From Nannocystis sp. (GTDB lineage: Bacteria; Myxococcota_A; Polyangia; Nannocystales; Nannocystaceae), in NCBI RefSeq assembly GCF_016717175.1, contig NZ_JADKFZ010000003.1: a stretch of DNA of 37,303 nucleotides. The stretch is one strand, 5' to 3'. Shown here piece by piece: positions 9,614-18,836 of the stretch. The position numbers and the translations under genes were made by a program. Under the pieces are notes generated by a model, which was given only the letters and a program-made list of their open reading frames with translations, searched no databases and was not told the DNA's origin. Every line of letters begins with the position of its first letter. Position 1 is the stretch's first letter.

Positions 9614-9830
9614 CGGGCCGGTGCGGTCCGGCTGCTTGCCCGCGCAGGCTCGAGAAGCCGGAGGTCCGGAAGAGGCCTCGCCCTCAAACACGGCCTGACA
9701 AACCGTCGCCGGGGCGATTCCCGGGTCTACGCCGGACTCGGTCGAGGCCTCTTCCGGCCCTCCGGCAAGCGAAGCCCCCGCCAAGGGACGGTGCGGTCGG
9801 CGTCGCCGAGCAGCCGGACCGCACCGGCCC
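9614..9830. repeat. Nested long inverted repeat forming a ~215-nt imperfect stem-loop (outer arms 9614-9635/9810-9830, inner arms 9657-9680/9743-9766)
   Basis: Outer arm cgggccggtgcggtccggctgc pairs with its reverse complement at 21 of 22 positions. Inner arm gccggaggtccggaagaggcctcg pairs with cgaggcctcttccggccctccggc at 23 of 24. A partial third copy ggcggtccggctgg lies at ~9551. Confidence 0.7.
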
Positions 9831-9984
9831 TGAGCATACGACATGGCCGCATGGACATGTCTCTTGCGACATGCCACGGATCCGCGCGAACGGTCGCAGC
9901 CCACTCCGTTGGAGGCCCATGGGTGGCCGCAGTCGGGCTGCCAGAGGTGCGCACCTGCCCGGCGCGGCGTGTTATGGCTGGGCG

Positions 9985-12015
9985 ATGGTGTCACGATGCG
10001 ATCGTCTGGGTCTCGGGGTGTGGCTTGTGATCACGGGCTGCGGCGACAGCGGGGGCGGCAGCGCCAGCGCTGCGAGCACGGGTGAGCCGCCGCTGACGAC
10101 GGGGACGGTGCCGACGACGGGCCAGACGCCGACGGGCGGCGCGACGGGGACGGGGGCCGAGGGCACGGACAGCGCGGCGGGCACGAGCACGGGCGCGAGC
10201 ACGACGGTGGCCGCGACGAGCACGAGCACGGGGGCGGCGACCGGCGGCGGCGAGACGACGAGCGGTGAGCTCGTGTTCTGCGGCGACGAGCCGCCTGCGG
10301 GCTACGTCGGCGACTTCGACGCGAACTGCAAGAGCGAGCCGCAGATCGGGGTGTTCAAGCCGGTGGTGGAGTGGAAAAAGGTCGACTGGACGGTGAACCC
10401 GGGGGCGAAGGCCGTGATGATGGCGCCGATCGTGGTGTCGCTGGACGACGACAACATGGACGGGAAGATCGACGGCGACGACCTGCCGGACCTCGCGTAC
10501 GTGACCTACGGCGGGCCCCAGGACCAGCCGGGGACGGTGCGGGCGATCTCTGGCGACGGCAGCAAGGAGCTGTGGAGCGCGGTCGACGGGCTGTGCGCGA
10601 CGTCCGGGCTGGCGGCGGGGGATATCGACGGGGATGGGATGGTCGAGCTGGTGGGCATCACGCACACGCTGCAGGTCCGGGCCTTCGAGCACGACGGGGC
10701 GATCAAGTGGACGACGGGGAGCTACGTCGGGGACATGTCGTATTGCTATTCGACGCCAGCGATCGCCGACATGGACGGCGACGGCAAGCCGGAGGTGATC
10801 GCGGGGCGGGTGATCCTCGACGCGGCGGGGCTGCAGCTCGGCAAGGGCCAGTTCGGCAGCGGCGCGGCGGCCTTCGCGAGCGCGTCGTTCGCGGCCGACA
10901 TCGACGGGGATGGTGATCAGGAGGTGGTTGTGGGCAACGCGCTGTACCGGATCGACGGCAGCGCGATCTGGTCGAACGGACAGACCGACGGCTACCCGGC
11001 GGTGGCGGACTTCGACGGCGATGGCAAGCCGGAGATCGTGGTCTCGGGCTTCGGAAAGCTGCGCCTGCAGAACGGCGGCGGCGGGACGGTGTGGGATGTG
11101 GCCAACCCGGCGCAGGGCGGCGGGCCGCCGACGATCGCGGACTTCGACGGCGACGGCGAGCCGGAGATCGGGGTCGCGGGCAAGACCAACTATGTCGTGT
11201 TCGAGACCGACGGGACGGTGCTGTGGCAGCAGCCGACGCAGGACGCGAGCTCGTCGGCGACCGGATCGTCGGTCTACGACTTCGAGGGCGACGGGATCGC
11301 GGATGTGGTCTACGCCGACGAGACGACGCTGTACGTGTACTCGGGCAAGGACGGGGCGATCAAGCTGAGCTACGGCGAGCATGCGAGCGCGACGATCATC
11401 GAGTATCCGCTGGTGGTCGACGTCGACGGCGATGATCAGGTCGAGATCGTGGTGGCGCACAGCGGCTACCAGGGGCCCGAATTCGGCATCACGGTGCTGG
11501 GCGACATGGACCAGTCATGGCGACCAGGGCGCAAGATCTGGAATCAACACGCGTACAACATCACGAACGTCGACGACGCGGGCGGCATCCCGACGTTGCC
11601 CGATCCGAACTGGTTGACCTACAATAACTTCCGCTCGGGCGACCTGTCGCCGCCGGACGGGCTGGCGGCGCCGGACCTCAAGCTGCTCGCGCCGGACGCG
11701 TGCGTGAACGAGTGCCTGGGCGGCAAGCAGGCGGTGGTCTGGTATCAGCTGGCGAACGCGGGCGCGGGCGCGCTGACGGCTGGCGCGACGGTCGAGGTGT
11801 ACGGGACCAGCATGGGCGTCGAGAAGCTGCTGGCGACCAAGCAGTTCGACATGGTGCTGGCGCCGGGCGAGGTGTCGGAGGGGCAGAGCGTGCTGGTCGA
11901 CACGACGGGGCTCGACTCGCTGCGCATGGTGGCCAAGCCGGCCGAGGAAGAGTGCGTGGTCGACCCGGCGGACGAGCTCCTGCTGGTGCCGCCGTTTTGC
12001 ACGGCGCCGGGGTAG
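9985..12015 (+). CDS. FG-GAP/VCBS-repeat beta-propeller lipoprotein with a T/S/G-rich linker
   Basis: Signal and lipobox MVSRCDRLGLGVWLVITGCGD. At least seven repeats of the form hhxDhDGDGxxEhhhG (DIDGDGMVELVG, ADMDGDGKPEVIAG, ADIDGDGDQEVVVG, ADFDGDGKPEIVVSG, ADFDGDGEPEIGVAG, YDFEGDGIADVVYAD, VDVDGDDQVEIVVAH) are integrin-alpha FG-GAP-like Ca-binding repeats. Confidence 0.7.
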   Translation: MVSRCDRLGLGVWLVITGCGDSGGGSASAASTGEPPLTTGTVPTTGQTPTGGATGTGAEGTDSAAGTSTGASTTVAATSTSTGAATGGGETTSGELVFCGDEPPAGYVGDFDANCKSEPQIGVFKPVVEWKKVDWTVNPGAKAVMMAPIVVSLDDDNMDGKIDGDDLPDLAYVTYGGPQDQPGTVRAISGDGSKELWSAVDGLCATSGLAAGDIDGDGMVELVGITHTLQVRAFEHDGAIKWTTGSYVGDMSYCYSTPAIADMDGDGKPEVIAGRVILDAAGLQLGKGQFGSGAAAFASASFAADIDGDGDQEVVVGNALYRIDGSAIWSNGQTDGYPAVADFDGDGKPEIVVSGFGKLRLQNGGGGTVWDVANPAQGGGPPTIADFDGDGEPEIGVAGKTNYVVFETDGTVLWQQPTQDASSSATGSSVYDFEGDGIADVVYADETTLYVYSGKDGAIKLSYGEHASATIIEYPLVVDVDGDDQVEIVVAHSGYQGPEFGITVLGDMDQSWRPGRKIWNQHAYNITNVDDAGGIPTLPDPNWLTYNNFRSGDLSPPDGLAAPDLKLLAPDACVNECLGGKQAVVWYQLANAGAGALTAGATVEVYGTSMGVEKLLATKQFDMVLAPGEVSEGQSVLVDTTGLDSLRMVAKPAEEECVVDPADELLLVPPFCTAPG

Positions 12016-12069
12016 CGCGCGATGATGGTGTCTTGAGCGTGGTGGTGGGTGGGGGCATCATCCGCGGCC

Positions 12070-12972
12070 ATGCGAAGGATCGTGTTCGAGATGGAGACGT
12101 CGGACCCCGACGACTTCATGACGCTGCTGTGGCTCGCGGATCATCCGGGGGTGGAGCTGGCGGGCGTGGTCGTGACGCCGGGCTCGCAGGATCAGTGCCA
12201 GCTGGTGCGCTGGGGGCTGGATCTGTGCGGGCGGCAGGACGTGCCGGTCGGGGCGCTGCACGGGCCGGGCTGGTGGGCGAGCGCGGACGGGCAGAAGCCG
12301 CGGGTGTCGGGGTTTCACTACAAGGTGTACGGGGCGGCGATCCGCGAGCATGCCGTGGGGGAGGTGAGCGGCGGGCCGGCGTTGCTGGCGAGGTTGATCG
12401 CGGCGGCGGACACGACGGTGGTGGTCGGGTCGGCGCCGAAGAACATCGGCCGGGCGTTCCGTGAATTTCCGGAATTGACGCTGGACTGCTGGGTGCAGCA
12501 GGGCGGGTTTGCGGGCGACAATCTTGTCGCGGCGCCGCTCGAGAAATTTCGCGGGAAGCTGACCTGCCCGAGCTTCAATCCCGGCGGGGCGCCCAAGGAG
12601 ACGCTCGAGCTGCTGGAGTCGCCGCGGATCGCTCGGCGCCTGTTCGTGTCGAAGAACGTGTGCCACGGGGTGCAGTGGCACGCGGAGCTGCAGGCGGGGC
12701 TCAAGCGGCGGCTGGCGGGGACGGCGGTGCGGACCGGGCTGGCGACGATGATCGCGGCGCTCGATCGGTACCTCGAGGATCGCGGCGTGGCCAAGGCGAT
12801 GCACGACCTGGTCGCGGCGGCGTGTGCGATCGATCCGGCGGTGTGTGAATTTGCCGGGGTCGAGATCTATCGCGAGCGCGGCGAGTGGGGGGCGCGCGCG
12901 GCCGAAGGGACGCGGACGGCGATCTCGATCGGGTTCGACGAGCTGCGCTTTGTCGAGGTGCTGGCTGGCTGA
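12070..12972 (+). CDS. nucleoside hydrolase (IU-NH family)-like protein
   Basis: N-terminal MRRIVFEMETSDPDDFMTLLWL resembles the IU-NH aspartate cluster (DTDPGxDDxxAL). The later motifs VVGSAPKNIGRAF (GPLTNIA-like) and HDLVAAACAIDP (HDPLAV..DP-like) and the ~300-aa length also fit. Confidence 0.55.
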   Translation: MRRIVFEMETSDPDDFMTLLWLADHPGVELAGVVVTPGSQDQCQLVRWGLDLCGRQDVPVGALHGPGWWASADGQKPRVSGFHYKVYGAAIREHAVGEVSGGPALLARLIAAADTTVVVGSAPKNIGRAFREFPELTLDCWVQQGGFAGDNLVAAPLEKFRGKLTCPSFNPGGAPKETLELLESPRIARRLFVSKNVCHGVQWHAELQAGLKRRLAGTAVRTGLATMIAALDRYLEDRGVAKAMHDLVAAACAIDPAVCEFAGVEIYRERGEWGARAAEGTRTAISIGFDELRFVEVLAG

Positions 12973-13009
12973 GGCACCTGTCCGCGGGGACAGGTCAGGT
13001 CGTGACTCA
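12970..13009. repeat. Single-unit GGGACAG palindromic element (cctgtcc-gcgg-ggacagg + ggtcaggtcgtgactcagg) spanning exactly from the + gene TGA to the nqrM TGA
   Basis: ggcTGAggcacCTGTCCgcggGGACAGgtcaggtcgtgacTCAggcgg: a perfect 7-bp stem hairpin, with end modules shared with the arrays at 26.9 and 31.9 kb. Confidence 0.7.
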
Positions 13010-13180
13010 GGCGGCCTTGGCGTCGCTGCACTCGGCCTTCTTGGCCGGGCCGCAGTCGCAGGACTTGTTGCCGATGCCGCCGCAGGAGCCGCGCAGGGTC
13101 TTGCCGGCGAAGATGGCCCCGATGGCCATGCCGAACATGACAGCGCCGAGGACGCCGATGGTGAGCAGGATCGTGGTCAT
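13007..13180 (-). CDS. nqrM: Na+-NQR maturation factor NqrM (DUF539), 57 aa; absent from the ORF track because it is below the size cutoff
   Basis: Manual translation of the minus strand gives MTTILLTIGVLGAVMFGMAIGAIFAGKTLRGSCGGIGNKSCDCGPAKKAECSDAKAA. It has a single TM helix followed by GK.L.GSCGG...CDC, the conserved Cys pattern of NqrM. Its ATG overlaps the apbE stop (ATGA). Confidence 0.7.
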   Translation of the reverse strand: MTTILLTIGVLGAVMFGMAIGAIFAGKTLRGSCGGIGNKSCDCGPAKKAECSDAKAA

Positions 13181-14205
13181 GGCGGGTCCAGGGTGGCCGC
13201 TTCGGCGTTGCGGTGCAAGCGGGTGAAGGCGGGGCTCTCGCGCTCGTGGAGGGTGCCGTCGGGGTCGCGGACGAGGAACAGGGCGGGGATGCTGAGCTTG
13301 GTGGCGAGCTCGAGGCCGGCGTCGGGGCCGAGGACGTTGAGGGCGGTGGCCCAGCCGTCCGCGAGCATGGCGCTCGGCTGGAGGACGCTGACCGAGGCGA
13401 GGTGGTGGGCGATCGGGCGCCCGGTCCGCGGGTCGATGGTGTGTGAGCGGCGGACGCCGTCGACCTCGTAGTAGTTGCGGTAGTCGCCGGAGGTGGCGAG
13501 GGCCTGGTCCTCGACGGCGAGCATGCGCTGGACGACGCCGCCGCTGCTGTCGGGGCGCTCGACGCCGAGGCGCCAGGGGCCGCCGTGGCCGGCGCGACCG
13601 CTGGCCATGATCTCGCCGCCGACGTCGACGAGGGTGCGGGTGAAGCCGAGCTCTCGGAGGCGGGCGGTGATGCGGTCGGCGGCGTGTCCGGGGGCGATCG
13701 CGGAGAGCTCGAGGTGGAGGGTGGCGGGGTCCTTGCGGAGCGTGCCGGTGGCGAGGTCGACGGTGAGGTGTTGCCAGCCGATGCTGGGCTTGAGGGCGTC
13801 GAGCTGGGCCTGGGTGGGCTCGGGGGCGTTGGCTTCGCGGCCCTGCGGGCCGAAGCCCCAGGCGGCGATCAGGGGGGCGACGGTGACGTCGAGGGCGCCG
13901 TCGCTGGCGGCGCTGATCTGGTTGGCGGCCTGGACGACCGCGAGGAAGCCGGGCGAGGCGGGGAAGGGGGTGGTGTCGGCGTGGGCGTTGAAGCGCGAAA
14001 TCTCCGAGTCCGGGCGCCAGGTCGACATCTGGCGGTCGACCTCGGCGAGCTCCTCGGCGATGGCGGCCTCGATCTGGCGCTGCTCGGCCTCGCTGAGCGG
14101 GGCGACCACGGTGACCTTGTAGGTCGTGCCCATGGTCGGGCCGGAGAAGGTGAGCGAGGGGGTTGCTGCTGCGTCGGCTTGCTCGAGGCCGGTGGTCGCG
14201 GCCAC
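13177..14205 (-). CDS. apbE: FAD:protein FMN transferase ApbE (flavinylates NqrB/NqrC); the N-terminal signal peptide appears to be encoded in a different frame at 14206..14300 (frameshift or assembly indel)
   Basis: The ApbE motifs TMGTTYKV, FNAHAD, GDYRNYY and HTIDPRTGRPI are present and the length is ~340 aa. The track start is a GTG. A signal-anchor ORF MSDPLRDKYGSRAKVLLPLLLVGFVALSAW begins at 14300, 17 nt after the nqrF stop, in another frame. Confidence 0.8.
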   Translation of the reverse strand: MAATTGLEQADAAATPSLTFSGPTMGTTYKVTVVAPLSEAEQRQIEAAIAEELAEVDRQMSTWRPDSEISRFNAHADTTPFPASPGFLAVVQAANQISAASDGALDVTVAPLIAAWGFGPQGREANAPEPTQAQLDALKPSIGWQHLTVDLATGTLRKDPATLHLELSAIAPGHAADRITARLRELGFTRTLVDVGGEIMASGRAGHGGPWRLGVERPDSSGGVVQRMLAVEDQALATSGDYRNYYEVDGVRRSHTIDPRTGRPIAHHLASVSVLQPSAMLADGWATALNVLGPDAGLELATKLSIPALFLVRDPDGTLHERESPAFTRLHRNAEAATLDPP

Positions 14206-14317
14206 ATGCGCCAGGCGCTGAGGGCGACGAAGCCGACGAGCAAGAGCGGGAGCAGGACCTTCGCCCTGCTCCCGTACTTGTCCCTGAGGGGATCAGACAT
14301 TGATCACGCCGGGGCGA

Positions 14318-15547
14318 TCAACCACCGAAGTCGTCCATCATGATGTTCTCGGGCTCGACGCCGAGGTCGATGAGCATCTTGGTGACGGCGACGTTCATCA
14401 TCGGCGGGCCGCAGATGTAGTACTCGCAGTCTTCGGGGGCGGGGTGGTTCTTCAGGTAGTTCTCGAACAGGACCTGGTGGATGAAGCCCTTGTAGCCGGT
14501 CCAGTTGTCCTCGGGCTTGGGCTCCGAGAGGGCGAGGTGCCACTTGAAGTTGGGGAACTCGCGCTGGATGGCGTCGAAATCCTCGACGTAGAAGGCCTCG
14601 CGCATGGAGCGGGCGCCGTACCAGAAGCTGACCTTGCGGTCGGTCTTGAGGCGCTTGAACTGGTCGAAGATGTGCGAGCGCATCGGGGCCATGCCGGCGC
14701 CGCCGCCGATGAACACCATCTCGTTCTTGGTGTCGCGGGCGAAGAACTCGCCGAAGGGGCCCGAGATGGTGACCTCGTCGCCGGGCTTCCGGCTGTAGAT
14801 GAACGAGGACATGATGCCGGGGGGGGCATCGGGGACCTTCGGGGGCGGCGTGGCGATGCGGACGTTCAGCATGATGATGCCGAACTCCTCGGGGTAGTTG
14901 GCCATCGAGTAGGCGCGGGTGACGGTCTCGGTGACGGTCGAGACGTAGCGCCAGAGGTTGTACTTGTCCCACTCGTCGCGGTACTGGTCCTCGATGATCA
15001 TGTCCGAGTACTTGGCCACGTGGGGCGGGCACTCGATCTGGATGTAGCCGCCGGCGCGGAAGGGGACGACCTCGCCCTCGGGGAGGGCCAGGACGAACTC
15101 CTTGATGAAGGTGGCGACGCCGTCGTTGGACTTGACGTGGCACTTCCACTTGCGCACGCCGAAGATCTCCGCGTGGACCTCGATCTCCATGTCCTGCTTG
15201 ACCTTGACCTGGCAGGACAGGCGGCAGCCCTCGCGGGCCTCGCCCTTGGAGATGTAGCCGAGCTCGGTGGGGTTGATGGTGCCGCCGCCGCTCTTGACGA
15301 TGACCTTGCAGACGCCGCAGGATCCCTTCCCGCCGCAAGCAGACGGGATGAAGATCTTGTTGCTCGCGAGGGTGTTGAGGAGCGTGTTGCCGGCGGGCAC
15401 GCGCAGCGAGTGCGACGGGTCGTGGTTGATACCGATCGTGACGGCCTCGCTGTTGACCAGCCGGGCCTTGGCGGCCAGGAGGACGAACACCAGGGCCAGG
15501 ATCACGAACGTGAACATGGCCACGCCGAGGATGATGATGGTGGACAT
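14318..15547 (-). CDS. nqrF: Na+-translocating NADH:quinone oxidoreductase subunit F
   Basis: Internal start [22 protein letters not shown] (TM anchor) preceded by aggagg. The 2Fe-2S ferredoxin motif is [13 protein letters not shown]...CRLSCQ. FAD/NADH-binding motifs RAYSMAN and GGGAGMAPM are present; 409 aa. The upstream 189 Arg-rich codons of the ORF-track entry are rejected. Confidence 0.9.
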   Translation of the reverse strand: MSTIIILGVAMFTFVILALVFVLLAAKARLVNSEAVTIGINHDPSHSLRVPAGNTLLNTLASNKIFIPSACGGKGSCGVCKVIVKSGGGTINPTELGYISKGEAREGCRLSCQVKVKQDMEIEVHAEIFGVRKWKCHVKSNDGVATFIKEFVLALPEGEVVPFRAGGYIQIECPPHVAKYSDMIIEDQYRDEWDKYNLWRYVSTVTETVTRAYSMANYPEEFGIIMLNVRIATPPPKVPDAPPGIMSSFIYSRKPGDEVTISGPFGEFFARDTKNEMVFIGGGAGMAPMRSHIFDQFKRLKTDRKVSFWYGARSMREAFYVEDFDAIQREFPNFKWHLALSEPKPEDNWTGYKGFIHQVLFENYLKNHPAPEDCEYYICGPPMMNVAVTKMLIDLGVEPENIMMDDFGG

Positions 15548-15573
15548 CGCGGTGGTCCTCCTAGATCTGGGAG

Positions 15574-16191
15574 CTAGAGCTGGATGCCGGAGAAGGCGAG
15601 GAAGCCGATGGCCATCAGGCCAGCGAGGATGAAGGCGATGCCGAGGCCACGCAGGGCGTGGGGGACGTTGCTGTAGCGCATCTTCTCGCGGATGGCGGCC
15701 AGGGCGATGATGGCCATGGCCCAGCCGATGCCGGAGCCGATGCCGTAGACGGCGGCCTCGCCGAAGTTGTACTCGCGCTGCTCCATGAACAGCGAGGCGC
15801 CCAGGATGGCGCAGTTGACCGCGATGAGCGGGAGGAACACGCCCAGCGCCGCGTAGAGCTTGGGGGCGAAGCGGTCGACGGCCATCTCGACGACCTGGAC
15901 CACGGCGGCGATGGTGCCGATCTGGACCAGGAAGGAGAGGAAGCTGAGGTCGACGCTGGCGAGATCGGGCGAGATCCAGGCCAGGGCGCCCTCGCGGAGC
16001 AGCGAGGCGAGGATCGCCTGGTTGAGCGGGACGCAGACGGCGAGCACGAAGATGACGGCGGCGCCGAGGCCGATCGCCGTCTCGACCTTCTTCGACACGG
16101 CGAGGAAGGAGCACATGCCCAGGAAGAAGGCCAGGGCCATGTTCTCGACGAAGATCGACTTGACCGCGATGTTGAGGAGATGCTCGAACAT
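15574..16191 (-). CDS. nqrE: Na+-NQR subunit E
   Basis: 205-aa polytopic protein [33 protein letters not shown] with conserved Cys residues at GMCSFLAV and AVNCAILGA (NqrD/E Fe-centre ligands). Confidence 0.9.
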   Translation of the reverse strand: MFEHLLNIAVKSIFVENMALAFFLGMCSFLAVSKKVETAIGLGAAVIFVLAVCVPLNQAILASLLREGALAWISPDLASVDLSFLSFLVQIGTIAAVVQVVEMAVDRFAPKLYAALGVFLPLIAVNCAILGASLFMEQREYNFGEAAVYGIGSGIGWAMAIIALAAIREKMRYSNVPHALRGLGIAFILAGLMAIGFLAFSGIQL

Positions 16192-16195
16192 ATGG

Positions 16196-16819
16196 TTACT
16201 CCTTCTCCATCTGGGCCGGCTTGGCGGTGCGCAGGATCCAGATCATGATGCCGATCAGGAAGAAGGCCGAGGGCGGCATGAGCATCATGCCGTTGGTGTA
16301 GTACCAGCCGCCGTCGTTGACGGTGCTGAAGATCTCGATGCCGAACAGCTTGCCGGAGCCGAACAGCTCGCGGATAAAGCCGATGCCCATCAGCACCATG
16401 CTGTAGCCGAGGCCGTTGCCGATGCCGTCGAGGAAGGAGATGCCGGGCTTGTTGGCCATGGCGTAGGCCTCGGCGCGGCCCATGACGATGCAGTTGGTGA
16501 TGATGAGGCCGACGAAGACCGACAGCTGCTTGCTGATCTCGAAGACGAAGGCCTTGAGGATCTGGTCGGTGACGATCACCAGCGAGGCGATCACCGTCAG
16601 CTGGACGATGATGCGGATGCTGTTGGGGATGTAGTTGCGGATCAGGCTGATCGCCAGGTTGGAGAAGGCGGTCACGACCGTGAGGCCGATCGACATGACC
16701 AGCGCCGTCTCGAGCTTGGTGGTCACGGCCAGCGCGGAGCAGATGCCGAGCACCTGCAGGGCGATGGGGTTGTTGTTGAAGAGGGGGTCGAAGAGGACGC
16801 CCTTGGTCTGCTTGTCCAT
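16196..16819 (-). CDS. nqrD: Na+-NQR subunit D
   Basis: 207 aa; [21 protein letters not shown] and [14 protein letters not shown] carry the conserved Cys residues. Paralogous to NqrE. Confidence 0.9.
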   Translation of the reverse strand: MDKQTKGVLFDPLFNNNPIALQVLGICSALAVTTKLETALVMSIGLTVVTAFSNLAISLIRNYIPNSIRIIVQLTVIASLVIVTDQILKAFVFEISKQLSVFVGLIITNCIVMGRAEAYAMANKPGISFLDGIGNGLGYSMVLMGIGFIRELFGSGKLFGIEIFSTVNDGGWYYTNGMMLMPPSAFFLIGIMIWILRTAKPAQMEKE

Positions 16820-16823
16820 GGGT

Positions 16824-17609
16824 CTAGCTCCTCCCCTGGGACGCCTTGAACTTGGCCATGTAGGGGCCGAAGCCGTCCTTGCCGAACCAGAACTTCATCA
16901 GGTTGCTGACGCCGTTGCTGGTGATGGTGGCGCCGGACAGGCCGTCGACGTGGTGGGGGTCGGTCTTGGGGTCGCCGGCGCGGCCCTTGATGACGGTGAG
17001 GGCGGGCTGGCCCTTGTCGTCATAGATCTTGCGGCCGGGCCACAGGGCCTTCCACTTGGGGTTGTCGACCTCGCCGCCGAGGCCGGGGGTCTCCGCGTGG
17101 GCGTAGAAGGTGATGCCCTTGATCGTGTTGGCGTCCTTGTCGACGGCGAGGTAGCCGTAGAGCACGGACCACAGGCCGTAGCCCTCGATCGGGAGGATCA
17201 GGGTGTCGGTCTTGCCGTCCTTGAGGACGTGGTAGACGAGCGCGTTGTTGGGCAGGCGGAACACCTTGGCGGCGTTCTCGGGGGCGGTGGTGCTGGTGGC
17301 CGGGTCTTTTTGGGCGCGGCGCTGGTCGAAGGTCTCGGCCTTGATGGCCTTGTCCTCGGCGCCGGTCTTGAGGGTGATGACCTCGCGGCGGATGTTCTTG
17401 GTGAACAGGGCCGTGACCTCCTCGGGGGTGGCCTGTTGACCGGGCTTCATCAGGCCGGCGACCAGGAGGACCTGCTTCTGCTGGTCGAGGACCTTGTTCT
17501 CGGCCTGGCGCGGCCCGAGGGCGACGGCGGCCCCGGCGACGCCGATGCCGCAGATGACGCAGACGGCGACGGCGAAGCCGATCGTGTAGCCAGTACTATC
17601 GCGTGCCAT
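16824..17609 (-). CDS. nqrC: Na+-NQR subunit C (covalent FMN)
   Basis: N-terminal TM anchor. FMN-attachment motif [15 protein letters not shown] (SGAT threonine, the ApbE target). 261 aa. Confidence 0.9.
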   Translation of the reverse strand: MARDSTGYTIGFAVAVCVICGIGVAGAAVALGPRQAENKVLDQQKQVLLVAGLMKPGQQATPEEVTALFTKNIRREVITLKTGAEDKAIKAETFDQRRAQKDPATSTTAPENAAKVFRLPNNALVYHVLKDGKTDTLILPIEGYGLWSVLYGYLAVDKDANTIKGITFYAHAETPGLGGEVDNPKWKALWPGRKIYDDKGQPALTVIKGRAGDPKTDPHHVDGLSGATITSNGVSNLMKFWFGKDGFGPYMAKFKASQGRS

Positions 17610-18831
17610 AGAGAGCCATCCTCCGCTTGATGTTGGCCTGGACGATGAAGTAGTCGATGAGCGGGGCGAACATGTTCATGAACAGGATCGCCAGCATCAT
17701 GCCCTCGGGGTAGGCCGGGTTGATGACCCGGACCAGGACCACCATGAAGCCGATGCCGAAGCCGTAGAGGACCTTGCCCCACGCGGTGAAGGCCGAGGAC
17801 ACGGGGTCGGTGGCCATGAACACGGCGCCGAAGGCCCAGCCGCCGAGCACGAAGTGCCACATCGGCGGGAGGCCGAACAGGGAGTTGGTCGGTGAGCCGA
17901 TCCAGTTGAGCAGCGAGGCGGTGGCGAAGGTGCCGAGGGCGACGCCGAACATCGTCCGCCACGAGCCCACACCCGTGATGATCAGGATGGCGGCGCCGAT
18001 GAGGCAGGCGAGGGCGGAGGTCTCGCCCATCGAGCCCGCCTCGAGGCCGATGAAGGCGTTCCACCAGTCGGTGTGCGCCATCATGGCCGGGGTGTTGGCG
18101 GCGGCCTGGGCCAGGGCGGTGGCGCCGGACAGGCCGTCGGCGAGGGCGGCCGGGGTGGCGAGGTTGGCGGCGATCCAGGGGCCGTCGCCCGAGATCTGGC
18201 CGGGGTAGGCGAAGAACAGGAAGGCGCGGGCGACCAGGGCGGGGTTCAGCACGTTCATGCCGGTGCCGCCGAAGACCTCCTTGCCGATGACGACGCCGAA
18301 GCTGATGCCGAGGGCGACCTGCCACAGCGGGATCGTGGGCGGGAGGGTCAGCGGGAACAGCAGGCCGGTGACGAGGAAGCCCTCGTTGATCTCGTGCTTG
18401 CGGGCGACGGCGAAGATGACCTCGGCGTGGCCGCCGATGAGCATCGTGACCAGGTAGACCGGCAGGAAGTAGATCGCGCCGTGGATCATGCACGCGAGGA
18501 TGCTGGTCGGGTCGAAGGCGAAGCCGAGCGCGGTGTACAGCCAGGTCTGCCAGTTGGCCAGGGCGCTGGCGCCGTGGGCGATGGCGTTGTTGGCCTGGAA
18601 GCCGGTGTTGTACATGGCGAACAACACGCAGGGCAGCAGCGCGACGACGACGGTGATCATCATCCGCTTGAGGTCGATGGCGTCGCGGACGTGCGAGCTG
18701 GCCTTGGTGACGTCCTTCGGCGTGTACAGGAAGGTGTCGGTGGCCTCGTAGAGCGGGTAGAGCTTCTCGAGCTTGCCGCCCTTGTGGAACGGCTTTTCGG
18801 CCTTGTCGAGCAGGTTGCGCAGGAACTGCAT
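17596..18831 (-). CDS. nqrB: Na+-NQR subunit B (covalent FMN)
   Basis: Internal start [30 protein letters not shown]; 411 aa polytopic. The FMN motif [12 protein letters not shown] is present. It overlaps the nqrC start by 14 nt. The 5' extension in the ORF track overlaps nqrA and is rejected. Confidence 0.9.
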   Translation of the reverse strand: MQFLRNLLDKAEKPFHKGGKLEKLYPLYEATDTFLYTPKDVTKASSHVRDAIDLKRMMITVVVALLPCVLFAMYNTGFQANNAIAHGASALANWQTWLYTALGFAFDPTSILACMIHGAIYFLPVYLVTMLIGGHAEVIFAVARKHEINEGFLVTGLLFPLTLPPTIPLWQVALGISFGVVIGKEVFGGTGMNVLNPALVARAFLFFAYPGQISGDGPWIAANLATPAALADGLSGATALAQAAANTPAMMAHTDWWNAFIGLEAGSMGETSALACLIGAAILIITGVGSWRTMFGVALGTFATASLLNWIGSPTNSLFGLPPMWHFVLGGWAFGAVFMATDPVSSAFTAWGKVLYGFGIGFMVVLVRVINPAYPEGMMLAILFMNMFAPLIDYFIVQANIKRRMALYGTR

Positions 18832-18836
18832 GGGTG

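Noticed and set aside
13869-14300. 143-aa ORF upstream of and overlapping apbE, as an independent gene
   Set aside because: Only the first ~30 codons look protein-like (signal anchor). The remainder is P/S/R/T low complexity lying over the apbE coding region in another frame. It is interpreted as the displaced apbE signal peptide (frameshift), not a separate gene.
15548-16114. 189-codon N-terminal extension of nqrF in the ORF track (also the 323-codon extension of nqrB at 18832..19800)
   Set aside because: The extensions are Arg/Pro-rich, overlap nqrE and nqrA in other frames, and the internal Met starts have TM-anchor N-termini, an RBS (aggagg for nqrF) and lengths matching known NqrF (~408 aa) and NqrB (~410 aa).
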